Source of the DNA: Candidatus Woesearchaeota archaeon
GTDB taxonomy: Archaea; Nanobdellota; Nanobdellia; Woesearchaeales; UBA10216
Direction of reading: 5' to 3'
Length of the DNA stretch: 64,000 nucleotides
Assembly: GCA_016188155.1 (NCBI GenBank)
Contig: JACPIH010000003.1
Location: 2,033 to 66,032 of the forward strand
Shown: one piece after another, positions 1 to 8,631 of the stretch
Numbering within the stretch: position 1 is the stretch's first letter
Layout: each line of letters opens with the position of its first letter
The notes under the pieces: generated by a model
Databases searched by the model: none
Seen by the model: the letters and a program-made list of their open reading frames with translations, nothing else
Told to the model about the DNA's origin: nothing
Position numbers and translations under genes: made by a program

Positions 1-1987
1 TGTCAAGGAACCTTACTGATAGTGCTGTTGTGTCCTTAATGCCTTCCCAGTCTATTCCTGCCTTGTCCGTATATCCGTTCACAACAAACCTTGACAGGTT
101 TACTGAAGCGAGGTTGCATGCCCCCCCGTCTTCAAGGGGGACCTCTCCGCAGTTGTGCACAACTATGCCGTTTGCAATGAAAGAGTGCGTAGTTGGCTCT
201 GTGATGTCCCAGACTTCCCTCTTTCCAACAAGTTCTTTTGACTTTACTTTATCAGTAAACTTCTCACTGTAGAATTCAAACCTTGCAAGGTTTTCTGCTT
301 TTTCCTTGTTCCTTGTCTGTGCAAACTCTATCAGTTTTATGAATCTTGCAGCGTTTTGCTTGCTTATGTTAAGTTCATAGTTTATGCCTGAAGTCTTGTA
401 CTTGATGTGGTCCCCCGCTTTGTTCGTATAACGGAACGTTTTTGCCACAGTTGACCTGTCATAAATGGAGCTTCTTATTCCTAAGTTAAGCAGCAATAGC
501 TGAACTTGTTTGAGCAGTTTGAGTGAGCTTGAGTTAAGTCTCACGTAATTTCTGCTTTCGCTTCCAAGCCCTATTGTGCCGTCTGAAGAAAAGAGCCCTT
601 CCATAAAGCCAACAACTGCTTCTTTAGTTGCTGTGAAAAGTGTTGCAGGTACTTCTCGATCTTCAAATGCCTGCTTTAGCCCCAGATTTTTGAAGAAGTT
701 AATTACATATTTGCTTGAAGACCTTATCTGAACACAGCCATTCGGATAGGCAATTTCTTTTATTTGCCTGTTACAGTATCTTTCAAATATCGGTTGTATT
801 ATCTTCCTAGCTTCTTCATCTTCTTTTGCAAAGACTAACCCTGTTTTATGGTAAGATTCGTTGTAGAAACCATCCCCGACTAGCCAGCCGAGTAGCATGC
901 CAAGCTCCCTGCTCCATTCTTGTGGCAGTTTGAGGGCGTATGCTCTCCCATTTTTGCCCATTATCTGATTTTTCACTTCAAAAGGCAGTTCTGAGTTTAT
1001 GTTAAACTGCCCAGCGCCTGACTGTATCAGAATTCTGTCTTCTTCTGTTACTCCTGCTAATTCCTTCCAGCCTCCAGTTGTGAGTATTTTATGGTCTGGT
1101 GTGGCTACTACCTCATAGCCTGATTTTGTTTCAAGTTTGTAGCAGTCTTTATAACCGGTCATCACTTTATTTGTTGGTTTTACGAGCTGGCACCCGTATT
1201 GAATCAATCCTGACTCGCTGCGAGTTCTACTGTCCACCAGTATGCTTTCTGCTTTTATGCTGTCTACTCTTTCCAGCCCTAAAGCTGTAGACACTAAGCT
1301 ATCAGCAGCAACGCAAGGGTTCGTGCTGGCTATGGGCCTTCCAACGTAGTTTGATGGAGAATACTTTGCCATGGTGCTCCAGAATATGAGTCCTGGCTCT
1401 GCTGTCTTGTAGTTTCCCTCTATGAATGCGTTCCACACCGTCCTTGCCTTTACCAGGCGCTTTATCTCGCCTGTTTCGCGGGCATTATAATAAAGCATGA
1501 AGTCCCCTGCGTGCTTTATGGCAAGGTCGAATTCTGAGCTCCTGTCGTGGACTACGAAATCCCCGAACATGTCCCTTTTTGAGACATCGGCAAGGTCTTT
1601 CTCTGTTATTGCCTCTGAGTTGTGCCCTGTAAGGAAGCTGTTAAGCTCTTCAAAGGTATCAAATGCTTTCATCAGCCTGTATTTTTCTATTGGCTTTGCA
1701 GGAATTCCATACGAATAGTGCACTGCCCCGCCCTGCATGATTCCGAGTCCTGATACGCTTTTGTCTTTCAGGTAGACGAGTACCTTTTCTGTGCCGTATT
1801 TGTTCTGCTCTTCTACTGCCTGCATGAACTCATCAGTTACTTTCAGGCTGATATTGGCAAACCTGACCTGCGTGTTCTCCCTTACCTGCCGTTCTACGTC
1901 CCTTAGCTGCTGCTCGTTGAACTTGCCTGACCATTTGCACTGCTCCACTATCTCGGTACCTTCTTCACGTTGATGAAGTGCGGGCTG
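1..1987 (-). CDS. nrdJ: Class II (B12-dependent) ribonucleotide reductase, C-terminal part. It runs off the left edge, is in a different frame from 1948..3021 and carries an intein.
   Basis: Manual translation of the minus strand is open from 1987 down to position 2. It reads ...FANISLKVTDEFMQAVEE...TAEPGLIFWSTM...ASTNP/C-intein-HN/CGEVPLEDGGACNLASVNLSRF. It is absent from the ORF track only because no stop lies inside the window. Confidence 0.85.
152..1315 (-). mobile_element. Intein (388 codons) with a LAGLIDADG homing-endonuclease domain, inserted in the NPCGE active-site motif of nrdJ
   Basis: N-extein ...ASTNP. The intein starts CVAADSLVST, has block B TPDHKIL, LAGLIDADG motifs LLGWLVGDGF and GFMEGLFSSDGT, and ends IVVHN followed by +1 Cys (CGEVPL). 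It is in frame with no stops. Confidence 0.85.
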
Positions 1988-3021
1988 TCAGGGTGCTTTA
2001 TGTCGATTGTCAGCATAAGTGCCCCCCTTCTTCCTGACTGGCCAATCAGCCCTGTTGTGAGCGAGAAAAGCTCCATGAACGAAACGCTTCCTGTTGAGGT
2101 GTCTGCAGCATTATGGACTATCGAGCCCTTCGGCCTCAACCCAGAGATGTCCACCCCGATGCCTCCTCCATAGGAGTATGTCCTTGCGCATTCGTACGCA
2201 GACTGGTATATGGCTTCTATGTTATCCTCTGAAATCACTGATACGAAGCAGTTGGCCAGCGTCTTCAGCCTGTAAAGGTCCCCCCCGCCTGCTATTACCC
2301 TGCCTCCTGGCACGAAATAGCCCTCGTACAATGCCCTGTAGAATCTTGCAGCCCACTCCCTTTGCTTTTCAGGCGTTGTTTCAACAGCTGCCATGAAGGC
2401 AGCCAGCCTTGAGTAGGCGTCTTCTGGCCTTTTCTCAATCAGCTTGTTGTTAAGGTCCTTAAGGTAGTATTTTTTCTGGAATATGCTTGTTGCAAGCTCG
2501 TTGCCGTTAAGGTAGTCTCCGGGGTGCAGGGGCAGTTCGCCTGTCTTTTGCAGTTCCTTAAGGTAGAACATGAGGTTCTTGTACGCCTCAATCCTGTCAT
2601 ATCCGATAATGGAGGCGAGCTTGCTTTTGTGCGCGAACATGTCAAGCAGGGCTGTTTTCTCCCCATCAGTCCCTTTTGCTGCCTCTGCCGCAGCCTGCCT
2701 TAGCTCGGCCCTCTTTGCCCTGTAAAGTATGTATGCTTTTGCGGTTTTTGCGTGGCCTTCTTCTATGAGAACCTTTTCAACAGCATCCTGTATTTCTTCC
2801 ACTGATGGCAGCTTTTCTATTTTTGCCACATAACCGACAACAAGCCTTGTAAGCCTTTCTGCTTCTTTCCTGTCGCTCCCGCCAACGGCCCTTGCAGCTT
2901 TCATTATGGCAGATGTTATCTTTTCAGGGTCAAAGTCAGCTACCCTCCCGTCCCTCTTTACAATCTTGGAAACTTTCGTGACTATTACGGTTTTCCCGGT
3001 TTCAGAAGCCTTTGGTGCCAT
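1948..3021 (-). CDS. nrdJ: Class II ribonucleotide reductase, N-terminal part (ATP-cone plus start of the catalytic domain). It ends at a premature TAG caused by a frame change.
   Basis: ATP-cone-like VSKIVKRDGRVADFDPEKITSAIMKA. RNR motifs GGGIGVDISGLRPKGS and IKHPDSPHFINVKK. Homology continues in another frame downstream of 1960. Confidence 0.85.
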   Translation of the reverse strand: MAPKASETGKTVIVTKVSKIVKRDGRVADFDPEKITSAIMKAARAVGGSDRKEAERLTRLVVGYVAKIEKLPSVEEIQDAVEKVLIEEGHAKTAKAYILYRAKRAELRQAAAEAAKGTDGEKTALLDMFAHKSKLASIIGYDRIEAYKNLMFYLKELQKTGELPLHPGDYLNGNELATSIFQKKYYLKDLNNKLIEKRPEDAYSRLAAFMAAVETTPEKQREWAARFYRALYEGYFVPGGRVIAGGGDLYRLKTLANCFVSVISEDNIEAIYQSAYECARTYSYGGGIGVDISGLRPKGSIVHNAADTSTGSVSFMELFSLTTGLIGQSGRRGALMLTIDIKHPDSPHFINVKKVPR

Positions 3022-3042
3022 GTTTCATTACCTCGCAATAAA

Positions 3043-3090
3043 TACAACCTGTTGTGTACCTCTCCCGTCTAGAACCCCAATATGTTGTGG
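3043..3090 (-). promoter_or_regulatory. Two 16-bp palindromic NrdR-box-like sites (3043..3058 and 3075..3090) between the TATA box and the nrdJ start
   Basis: Plus strand reads ATACAACCTGTTGTGT and CCCCAATATGTTGTGG. Centre-to-centre spacing is 32 bp. Each matches about 12/16 positions of the remembered bacterial NrdR consensus acaCwAtATaTwGtgt. Confidence 0.5.
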
Positions 3091-3104
3091 TTTCTGGATT
3101 CACA

Positions 3105-3121
3105 CCTATTTAAAGGTTTTT
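3105..3121 (-). promoter_or_regulatory. BRE/TATA-like promoter element for nrdJ
   Basis: Minus strand reads AAAAACCTTTAAATAGG, about 85-100 nt upstream of the ATG at 3021. Confidence 0.45.
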
Positions 3122-3223
3122 GTTGCCAAAACTATATTAGCCATAACTCATGATAGAATTTCTAGCTGCGGGTGGTGTAAATTCAAAAGCATCAATCGCA
3201 GTTGGTATAAGTTTTATATAAAT

Positions 3224-4060
3224 CTAAGGCCGGCCTGTCTTGTCATAAATGGTCTTAAGCATCACCGCATCGCCCTCAATGTTCGGGCTTTCGCTTATCA
3301 CAACGCCTTCTATTTTAAATTCCTTCCAGCTTTTGACAACAGCATCATATTTTAAATCCGATTCCTTTAAAGTCAGGTGATTCAATTCTCCCTTATCGCT
3401 GTATCTGACTCCTGCTATCTGGATGTGCATGTTTTTTAGTGCCTCCTTTCCAAGCTCTTTCTCAACCAGTGAAAGCATTTCTAAAAACTCCCCGTAGCTG
3501 TTGTTATTGCTCTCCCTTGCGTGCATGTGCGCGTAGTCAATGCACGGCAGTACCTGCTCTATCTCGTTGCACAGCCGCAGTATCTCTGACAAATCCCCAA
3601 ACTGGCTTCTTTTGCCTGTTGTCTCAGGCCTCACCCATATGCCGCAGCCAATGTTCCTCACTTCGGCAACTACGGCAGCCAATTCTTTTTTGACTTTCTC
3701 ATACACCTTCTCCTTGTCATTGCCCAGATAATATCCGGGATGGAACGCAACGCTTTTCCCTCCGCACAGCCATGCAACTTCCGCAGCCTTTACCAGCCGT
3801 TTCTTGCTCGCTTCAAGCTTTGCATCCTCAGCAGCATTCAGGTTAATGTAGTAAGGAGCGTGGCACGTTAGCATAACATTCTCTTTTTCGGCTACAGCCT
3901 TTATTTTAGGTGCATTCTCCCTGCTTATATTTACAGACTGCACGAACTCAAGCTCCATTGCATCCAGCCCAAGCCCCCTAACAGCTTTTATCCCGGAAGC
4001 CGTATCTGTCCCTTTGGCTGCCAGAGGGATGCCTGCAGTACCAAACAATAGCTTTGTCAT
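3224..4060 (-). CDS. nfo: Endonuclease IV / AP endonuclease 2 family (xylose-isomerase-like TIM barrel)
   Basis: MTKLLFGTAGIP..., HAPYYINL, AFHPGYY, ...IDYAHMHA, typical Nfo metal-ligand motifs. Start moved to MTK (4060) because the longer ORF overlaps the upstream gene. Confidence 0.75.
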   Translation of the reverse strand: MTKLLFGTAGIPLAAKGTDTASGIKAVRGLGLDAMELEFVQSVNISRENAPKIKAVAEKENVMLTCHAPYYINLNAAEDAKLEASKKRLVKAAEVAWLCGGKSVAFHPGYYLGNDKEKVYEKVKKELAAVVAEVRNIGCGIWVRPETTGKRSQFGDLSEILRLCNEIEQVLPCIDYAHMHARESNNNSYGEFLEMLSLVEKELGKEALKNMHIQIAGVRYSDKGELNHLTLKESDLKYDAVVKSWKEFKIEGVVISESPNIEGDAVMLKTIYDKTGRP

Positions 4061-4092
4061 GAGAACTTGCTGTTGCAGCGTAAGATAAAAAC

Positions 4093-4680
4093 CTATCCAA
4101 ACGAGCTGCCGCAGCTGCATACCGCGTGGGCGTTGGGGTTGTCTACCTTGAATCCTGACCTGTTAAGGCCTTCAACGTAGTCTATTACTGCACCTTTGAG
4201 GGCTTCTGCGCTTGCCGCATTGGTGACAACCTTCATCCCGTTCTTTTCTACAGCTATATCATCTGTTTTGGCTTCATCATCCAAAGAAAACTCGTATGAG
4301 TAGCCTGCGCAGCCTCCAGGCTTAACTTCCACCCTGAGGTTGAAGCCGCTGACGCCCTGTTTCTTCATCAGCTCCTTGACTTTCTCAACAGCTGCCTCTG
4401 TTACTGCAAATGTGGCCGGCCTTTCCTTTGGCCGCTCTGATTCTATTTTGGCAGCTGCTATGTTTAATTCTTCCATCATCTTGTCGTAATCATCTTCATT
4501 CATTACTGCTGCGGCAGCTGTTTTGAGCTGTTCCTGGTATGGGGTCCCGCAGCCACTCATTGCCATGCCGCGCATCGCCATAGTGTCGGCAAGCCGGGGG
4601 TATTTCAGCATTATCTCTCCTATTGTTGTTTCGTTACTTATCAGCTGTTTTTTCATTTCAGTTTCCATTTTCATCACCAC
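4093..4680 (-). CDS. Fusion of a DUF1858 (hybrid-cluster-protein-associated redox disulfide) domain with a HesB/IscA/SufA-type Fe-S carrier
   Basis: N-terminus TIGEIMLKYPRLADTMAMRGMAMSGCG. C-terminus LRVEVKPGGCAGYSYEF...NPNAHAVCSCGSSF, the HesB signature. Confidence 0.75.
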   Translation of the reverse strand: MVMKMETEMKKQLISNETTIGEIMLKYPRLADTMAMRGMAMSGCGTPYQEQLKTAAAAVMNEDDYDKMMEELNIAAAKIESERPKERPATFAVTEAAVEKVKELMKKQGVSGFNLRVEVKPGGCAGYSYEFSLDDEAKTDDIAVEKNGMKVVTNAASAEALKGAVIDYVEGLNRSGFKVDNPNAHAVCSCGSSFG

Positions 4681-4701
4681 ATGTGCAGTTGCTGCTGCCA
4701 G

Positions 4702-4956
4702 TTATAGTATCTTCTCTCCGTTGTCCTTATTTTTTAAATGAATGACATTTACAGGGCAGGATTCTGCTGCAGCCTTGTCGTCTTCAAAATCGCCCTGTTC
4801 AATCTCGAGCTCCTCCCAGCCGTCAGGCCTACGTGGTGCTCCAATTATGTCTGCCTTGTTGTCGTCGTTCATTACCCAGTGTTTCGGGTTTACTGCGACG
4901 CATGCCGCGCATCCGATGCAGTTCGGCCTGTCATGCTCAAGCAGGTATTTTGTCAT
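4702..4956 (-). CDS. Small single-cluster ferredoxin
   Basis: CIGCAACVAV....CPV motif. Start set at MTKYLLEH (4956) because the longer ORF start reads through the repeat at 4961..4993. Confidence 0.65.
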   Translation of the reverse strand: MTKYLLEHDRPNCIGCAACVAVNPKHWVMNDDNKADIIGAPRRPDGWEELEIEQGDFEDDKAAAESCPVNVIHLKNKDNGEKIL

Positions 4957-4960
4957 TTTC

Positions 4961-4993
4961 GTTTTTTGGTTGAGCTTTTTATTAAAAAGGTCA
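4961..4993 (+). repeat. Hairpin repeat family, copy 1 (GTTTTTTGGTTGAGC-CTTTTT-atta-AAAAAG-GTCA)
   Basis: The first 20 nt are identical to copy 2 at 15503. It exactly fills the gap between the sufC stop and the ferredoxin start. The TCA at its right end (4991..4993) is the sufC stop codon. Confidence 0.8.
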
Positions 4994-5681
4994 TTGTGCA
5001 ACCGCCTTGATTGACTCGTAGCCTGTGCTTTCTATTTGGTGTACGAGCTCTGCTCCTCCGCTTTTAACAATTTTTCCATCCATCATTATGTAAACCTTGT
5101 TGGGCTTTATGTAGTTCAGTATCCTCTGGTAGTGCGTTATCAGCAGCACCCCTGTTTCCGGGTTCATCAGCCTGTTTATGCCCTCAGCGACCACTTTCAG
5201 TGAATCAACATCCAGTCCCGAGTCTGTCTCGTCCAGTATTGCCATCTCAGGCCTGAGCATTGCCATCTGCAGTATTTCAGCGCGTTTCTTCTCGCCTCCG
5301 GAAAAGCCCTCGTTCAGGTAGCGGTGCATGAATGACTCATCAATCTTTAATGTTTTCATTGTTTCCTTTAGCTGTTTTACGAAGTCTGCAACCGGCATTG
5401 GGCTCTTTTTGTCCCGCCTTGCGTTTACCGCTGTCCTGAGGAAGTTTGCCATGCTTACCCCAGGAACCTCGCTTGGGTATTGGAACGACAGGAACAGCCC
5501 TTTCCTGGCCCGTTCATTTACCGGCAGGCGGGTGACATCTTCACCTTTGTAAATTATCTTCCCGGAAGTTACCTTGTAATTTGGGTGCCCGAGCAGCGCA
5601 TACCCCAGTGAGCTTTTTCCTGCGCCGTTTGGTCCCATGAGCAACTTCCACATGCAGGTCTTTTATCTCAAGGTCGCTCAT
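4991..5681 (-). pseudogene. sufC: SufC Fe-S assembly ATPase, disrupted by a frame change plus loss of about 20 codons between the N-terminal strand and the Walker A motif (pseudogene or assembly error)
   Basis: ATG at 5681 overlaps the sufU stop (ATGA) and encodes MSDLEIKDLHVEVA. The rest (LLMGPNGAGKSSL..., FSGGEKKR, ILDETDSGLD, ITHYQR) is in another frame starting about 5650. The expected xGKxILKGVxLxVxxGEVHA segment is missing. Confidence 0.8.
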
Positions 5682-6088
5682 TTTGCTACTCCGTATTTGC
5701 TTGATTCGTGCTGGACTATCCCTTTCTGCACTGCCCTCAGCGCCAACATTGCGCATTTTATCCTTACTGGCCCCGGGTTTATCCTTATTATTTTAAGCAT
5801 TTCGTCTTGTTTCATCGCCACGATGTCCTTGGCGCTTTTTCCCCCAATCTCTCCTGTGAGCATTGATGCTGCTGCCTGGCTTATTGCGCACCCTTTGCCT
5901 GTGAACATGGCTTCCTTCACCGTTCCGTTTTCCATCTTCAGCTGTATGGTTATTTCATCGCCGCAGACTGGGTTGTAGTCGTGATAGCTGACATCGGCAT
6001 TTTCAATCCTTCCAAAGTTCCTGGGGTTCTGGTAGTGGTCCATTATCTCTTCCCTGTACAGCTCTTCTATAGCATCTGTTTTGTCCAT
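5678..6088 (-). CDS. sufU: SufU/IscU-type Fe-S scaffold (NifU N-terminal domain)
   Basis: NPVCGDEITIQL, GKGCAISQAAASM and IKCAMLA give the three conserved Cys. Confidence 0.8.
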   Translation of the reverse strand: MDKTDAIEELYREEIMDHYQNPRNFGRIENADVSYHDYNPVCGDEITIQLKMENGTVKEAMFTGKGCAISQAAASMLTGEIGGKSAKDIVAMKQDEMLKIIRINPGPVRIKCAMLALRAVQKGIVQHESSKYGVAK

Positions 6089-6094
6089 TTTCTT

Positions 6095-7360
6095 TCACGC
6101 TGTCCTTGCAGCTTTTGTTGGTGTTGTTGTTGCTGCCGTCATTTTCTTCATTTTCACAGCAGCTGTTTCCAGGGCCCCTGCAAGTTTTTCTATCTCTTCG
6201 GGTGTGTTGTACAGGTAGAAGCTTGCCCTCGCTGTGCCTGTTATGCCTAGGAGCTTTGCAAGCGGCATTGCGCAGTGGTGCCCGCCCCTTACCGCTATGC
6301 CTTCGGCATCAAGCAGGGCCGAAACATCATGGGGGTGGATGCCGTTTATGTTGAATGAGACGAGCCCTCCTCTTCTTGCTGCTTCAGGCCCGTAGATTGT
6401 GAGTTCATCTATCTGCCGGAGCTTTTCCATTGCCATCCTGGTCAGCGTCTTTTCATGCTCATGTATGTTTTCCATTCCAATTCCTTCCAGGTAATCGACA
6501 GCAGCTGCAAGCCCCACCGCTCCAGAGACGTTGGGTGTTCCTGCCTCGAACTTCCACGGCAGCTCGTTCCACTTTGCATCCTGGAAGCTTACCTCGCTTA
6601 TCATGTCCCCCCCGTATAGGAAAGGCTCCATCTTTTCGAGCAGCTCCTGTTTGCCGTAAAGCACTCCGATGCCTGTAGGGCCAAGCATCTTATGTCCTGA
6701 AAACGCCATGAAGTCGCAGTCCAGCTTCTTGACATCAACTGGCATGTGCGGCACAGACTGTGCCGCGTCCAGCACTGTTACTGCTCTGGCTTCTTTGGCG
6801 GCAGCAATTATTTCCTTGGCATTATTTACGGTTCCCAAAACGTTTGAAACGTGCGTAAATGCAACGATTTTCGTTTTCTTCCCTATTGTTTGCTGCAGCT
6901 GCTGCAGATTTAATTCGCCGTTGCCGTCTATTTCTAAAAACCTGAGTTTTGCCCCTGTTCTTTTGGCTGCCTGCTGCCACGGCACTATGTTGCTGTGGTG
7001 CTCCATCTGCGTCAATACTATCTCATCCCCCTTCTTTAGCTGCTGTGACAGGGAGTTTGCAGCCAAGTTGAGTGACTCTGTCGTGTTTTTTGTGAATATT
7101 ACCTCTTCCATTCCAGCCGCCGCAATGAATTTGGCAACCTTTTCGTGGGCTTCATCGTATGCTGTGGTGGCTTCCTGGCTTAGCCTGTGGACAGCCCTGT
7201 GCACGTTGGAGTTGTAGTTTTCATAATAGTCGTTCATTGCCTGTATTACCTGAACTGGCTTTTGCGTTGTAGCAGCGTTGTCCAGGTATACCAGCGGCTT
7301 TCCGTACACCTTTCTCTTCAGTATTGGGAAGTCCTCCCGTATCTTTTTGGCGTTAATCAT
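6095..7360 (-). CDS. sufS: Cysteine desulfurase SufS (class V aminotransferase) with an Ala/Thr/Lys-rich C-terminal tail
   Basis: YLDNAATTQKP, FSGHKMLGPTGIGVLYG, RGGHHCA. Confidence 0.85.
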   Translation of the reverse strand: MINAKKIREDFPILKRKVYGKPLVYLDNAATTQKPVQVIQAMNDYYENYNSNVHRAVHRLSQEATTAYDEAHEKVAKFIAAAGMEEVIFTKNTTESLNLAANSLSQQLKKGDEIVLTQMEHHSNIVPWQQAAKRTGAKLRFLEIDGNGELNLQQLQQTIGKKTKIVAFTHVSNVLGTVNNAKEIIAAAKEARAVTVLDAAQSVPHMPVDVKKLDCDFMAFSGHKMLGPTGIGVLYGKQELLEKMEPFLYGGDMISEVSFQDAKWNELPWKFEAGTPNVSGAVGLAAAVDYLEGIGMENIHEHEKTLTRMAMEKLRQIDELTIYGPEAARRGGLVSFNINGIHPHDVSALLDAEGIAVRGGHHCAMPLAKLLGITGTARASFYLYNTPEEIEKLAGALETAAVKMKKMTAATTTPTKAARTA

Positions 7361-7371
7361 TTCAAAAGCCT

Positions 7372-8559
7372 CTAAGCTCCTGTGTCAGCCATTATCTCCT
7401 GGCCTGCTGTTTCCATTTTTGTTTCAATCGTTTTCCTCATGTCTTCTGTCATTTCTTCAAAAGGTATTTCCTTCAGGAGAGGCTCGAAGAACCCCTCCAC
7501 AACGAGCTTTACGGCATCCTTGCCGTCCAGGCCTCTGCTCATCATATAAAACAGTTTCTCCTTGTCAAGCTGCCCCACAGATGCCTCATGAGAGGCCTTT
7601 ACGTCGTAGTTGTCTATCTCCAGCTTTGGTATCGGTGAGGCCCTTGCCGTGTCGCTGAGCAGCAGTATGTTTGCTTTCTGGTGCCCTTCAGAGTTTGCCG
7701 CTGTTTTCATTATCTTTGTAAAGCTTTGCACAATGGCCTTTGCCTTCCCCTTCAGGGCGCCTTTTATCCTCATGTTGCTTTTCGTGTTTCTGGAGTTGTG
7801 CACTGCCTTTGCCATTATGTCAAGCTGCTGGGCTTCATCCCCGAAGAATGCCATCCTTATTGTGGAAGATGCCCCTTCGCCATTGAGGCAGCTCGCCGTT
7901 TCCTGTTTTGTGCTGCCCCCTCCGATGCTTATGTCTGCCCAGTCAACGCTTGAGTCTTTCTCCGCTGTTGCCTTCCTGGATATCATGCTGTTCGTATTTT
8001 GAGGCAGCTTTTGCATGGTTGCAAACTTGACTTTGGCGCCTGTTGCAGCAAAAACCTCGTCCAATTCCAGCCGGTATTGTTTCACATCATGGCTTCTTTC
8101 GTTCTCATCAGGAACTAGTGCCTCTGTCACGTTCAGGTTTGCGTTTTCTTCCGCAATAACCACAACGTGCACTATCTCTGTTTGCTTTTGCCTTAGCTGC
8201 AGCCATATTTTTTTTGTATCCTTCTCAGCCTTGTCCCCTTCCATTTTTTTGGCCAATATGCTTTCGTATTTTGTTGCTGCTGCTGATAAGTCTTCTATTA
8301 TTACGCCATCGCTTTCCGAATGCTCGTGCCTTGTTGCGCACTCCTCAGACCTCAGCTCGGCAAGATTGATATTGGCTGGTGCACTAACATGAAGCCCGTA
8401 CATAAGCTGCGGCATTGGCAGCTTTTCAAACTGCCTTAGTGCATCAAGCCTTCTTTGCAGCATCCATTCAGGCTCGTTCTTTGCTTTTGACAGTTTCCTA
8501 ACTGCTTCTTCGCTGAGCCCTGCCTGTTCCCCCATTACGCTTGCGGATTGCGTTGCCAT
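7372..8559 (-). CDS. sufD: SufD
   Basis: SufB/D family C-terminus ...ASHEASVGQLDKEKLFYMMSRGL...; follows sufB. Confidence 0.75.
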   Translation of the reverse strand: MATQSASVMGEQAGLSEEAVRKLSKAKNEPEWMLQRRLDALRQFEKLPMPQLMYGLHVSAPANINLAELRSEECATRHEHSESDGVIIEDLSAAATKYESILAKKMEGDKAEKDTKKIWLQLRQKQTEIVHVVVIAEENANLNVTEALVPDENERSHDVKQYRLELDEVFAATGAKVKFATMQKLPQNTNSMISRKATAEKDSSVDWADISIGGGSTKQETASCLNGEGASSTIRMAFFGDEAQQLDIMAKAVHNSRNTKSNMRIKGALKGKAKAIVQSFTKIMKTAANSEGHQKANILLLSDTARASPIPKLEIDNYDVKASHEASVGQLDKEKLFYMMSRGLDGKDAVKLVVEGFFEPLLKEIPFEEMTEDMRKTIETKMETAGQEIMADTGA

Positions 8560-8631
8560 GTTGCTTAACCCATTGACTAAAAGCCCCGGCTGGTGCTGTT
8601 AAACAGCATCAGAAGCATAATCCTGTTAAAA

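Noticed and set aside
5541-5756. 71-aa minus-strand ORF
   Set aside because: It is a chimera. Codons 26-39 are the genuine sufC N-terminus (MSDLEIKDLHVEVA). Its start lies inside sufU, and after the lesion it reads sufC out of frame.
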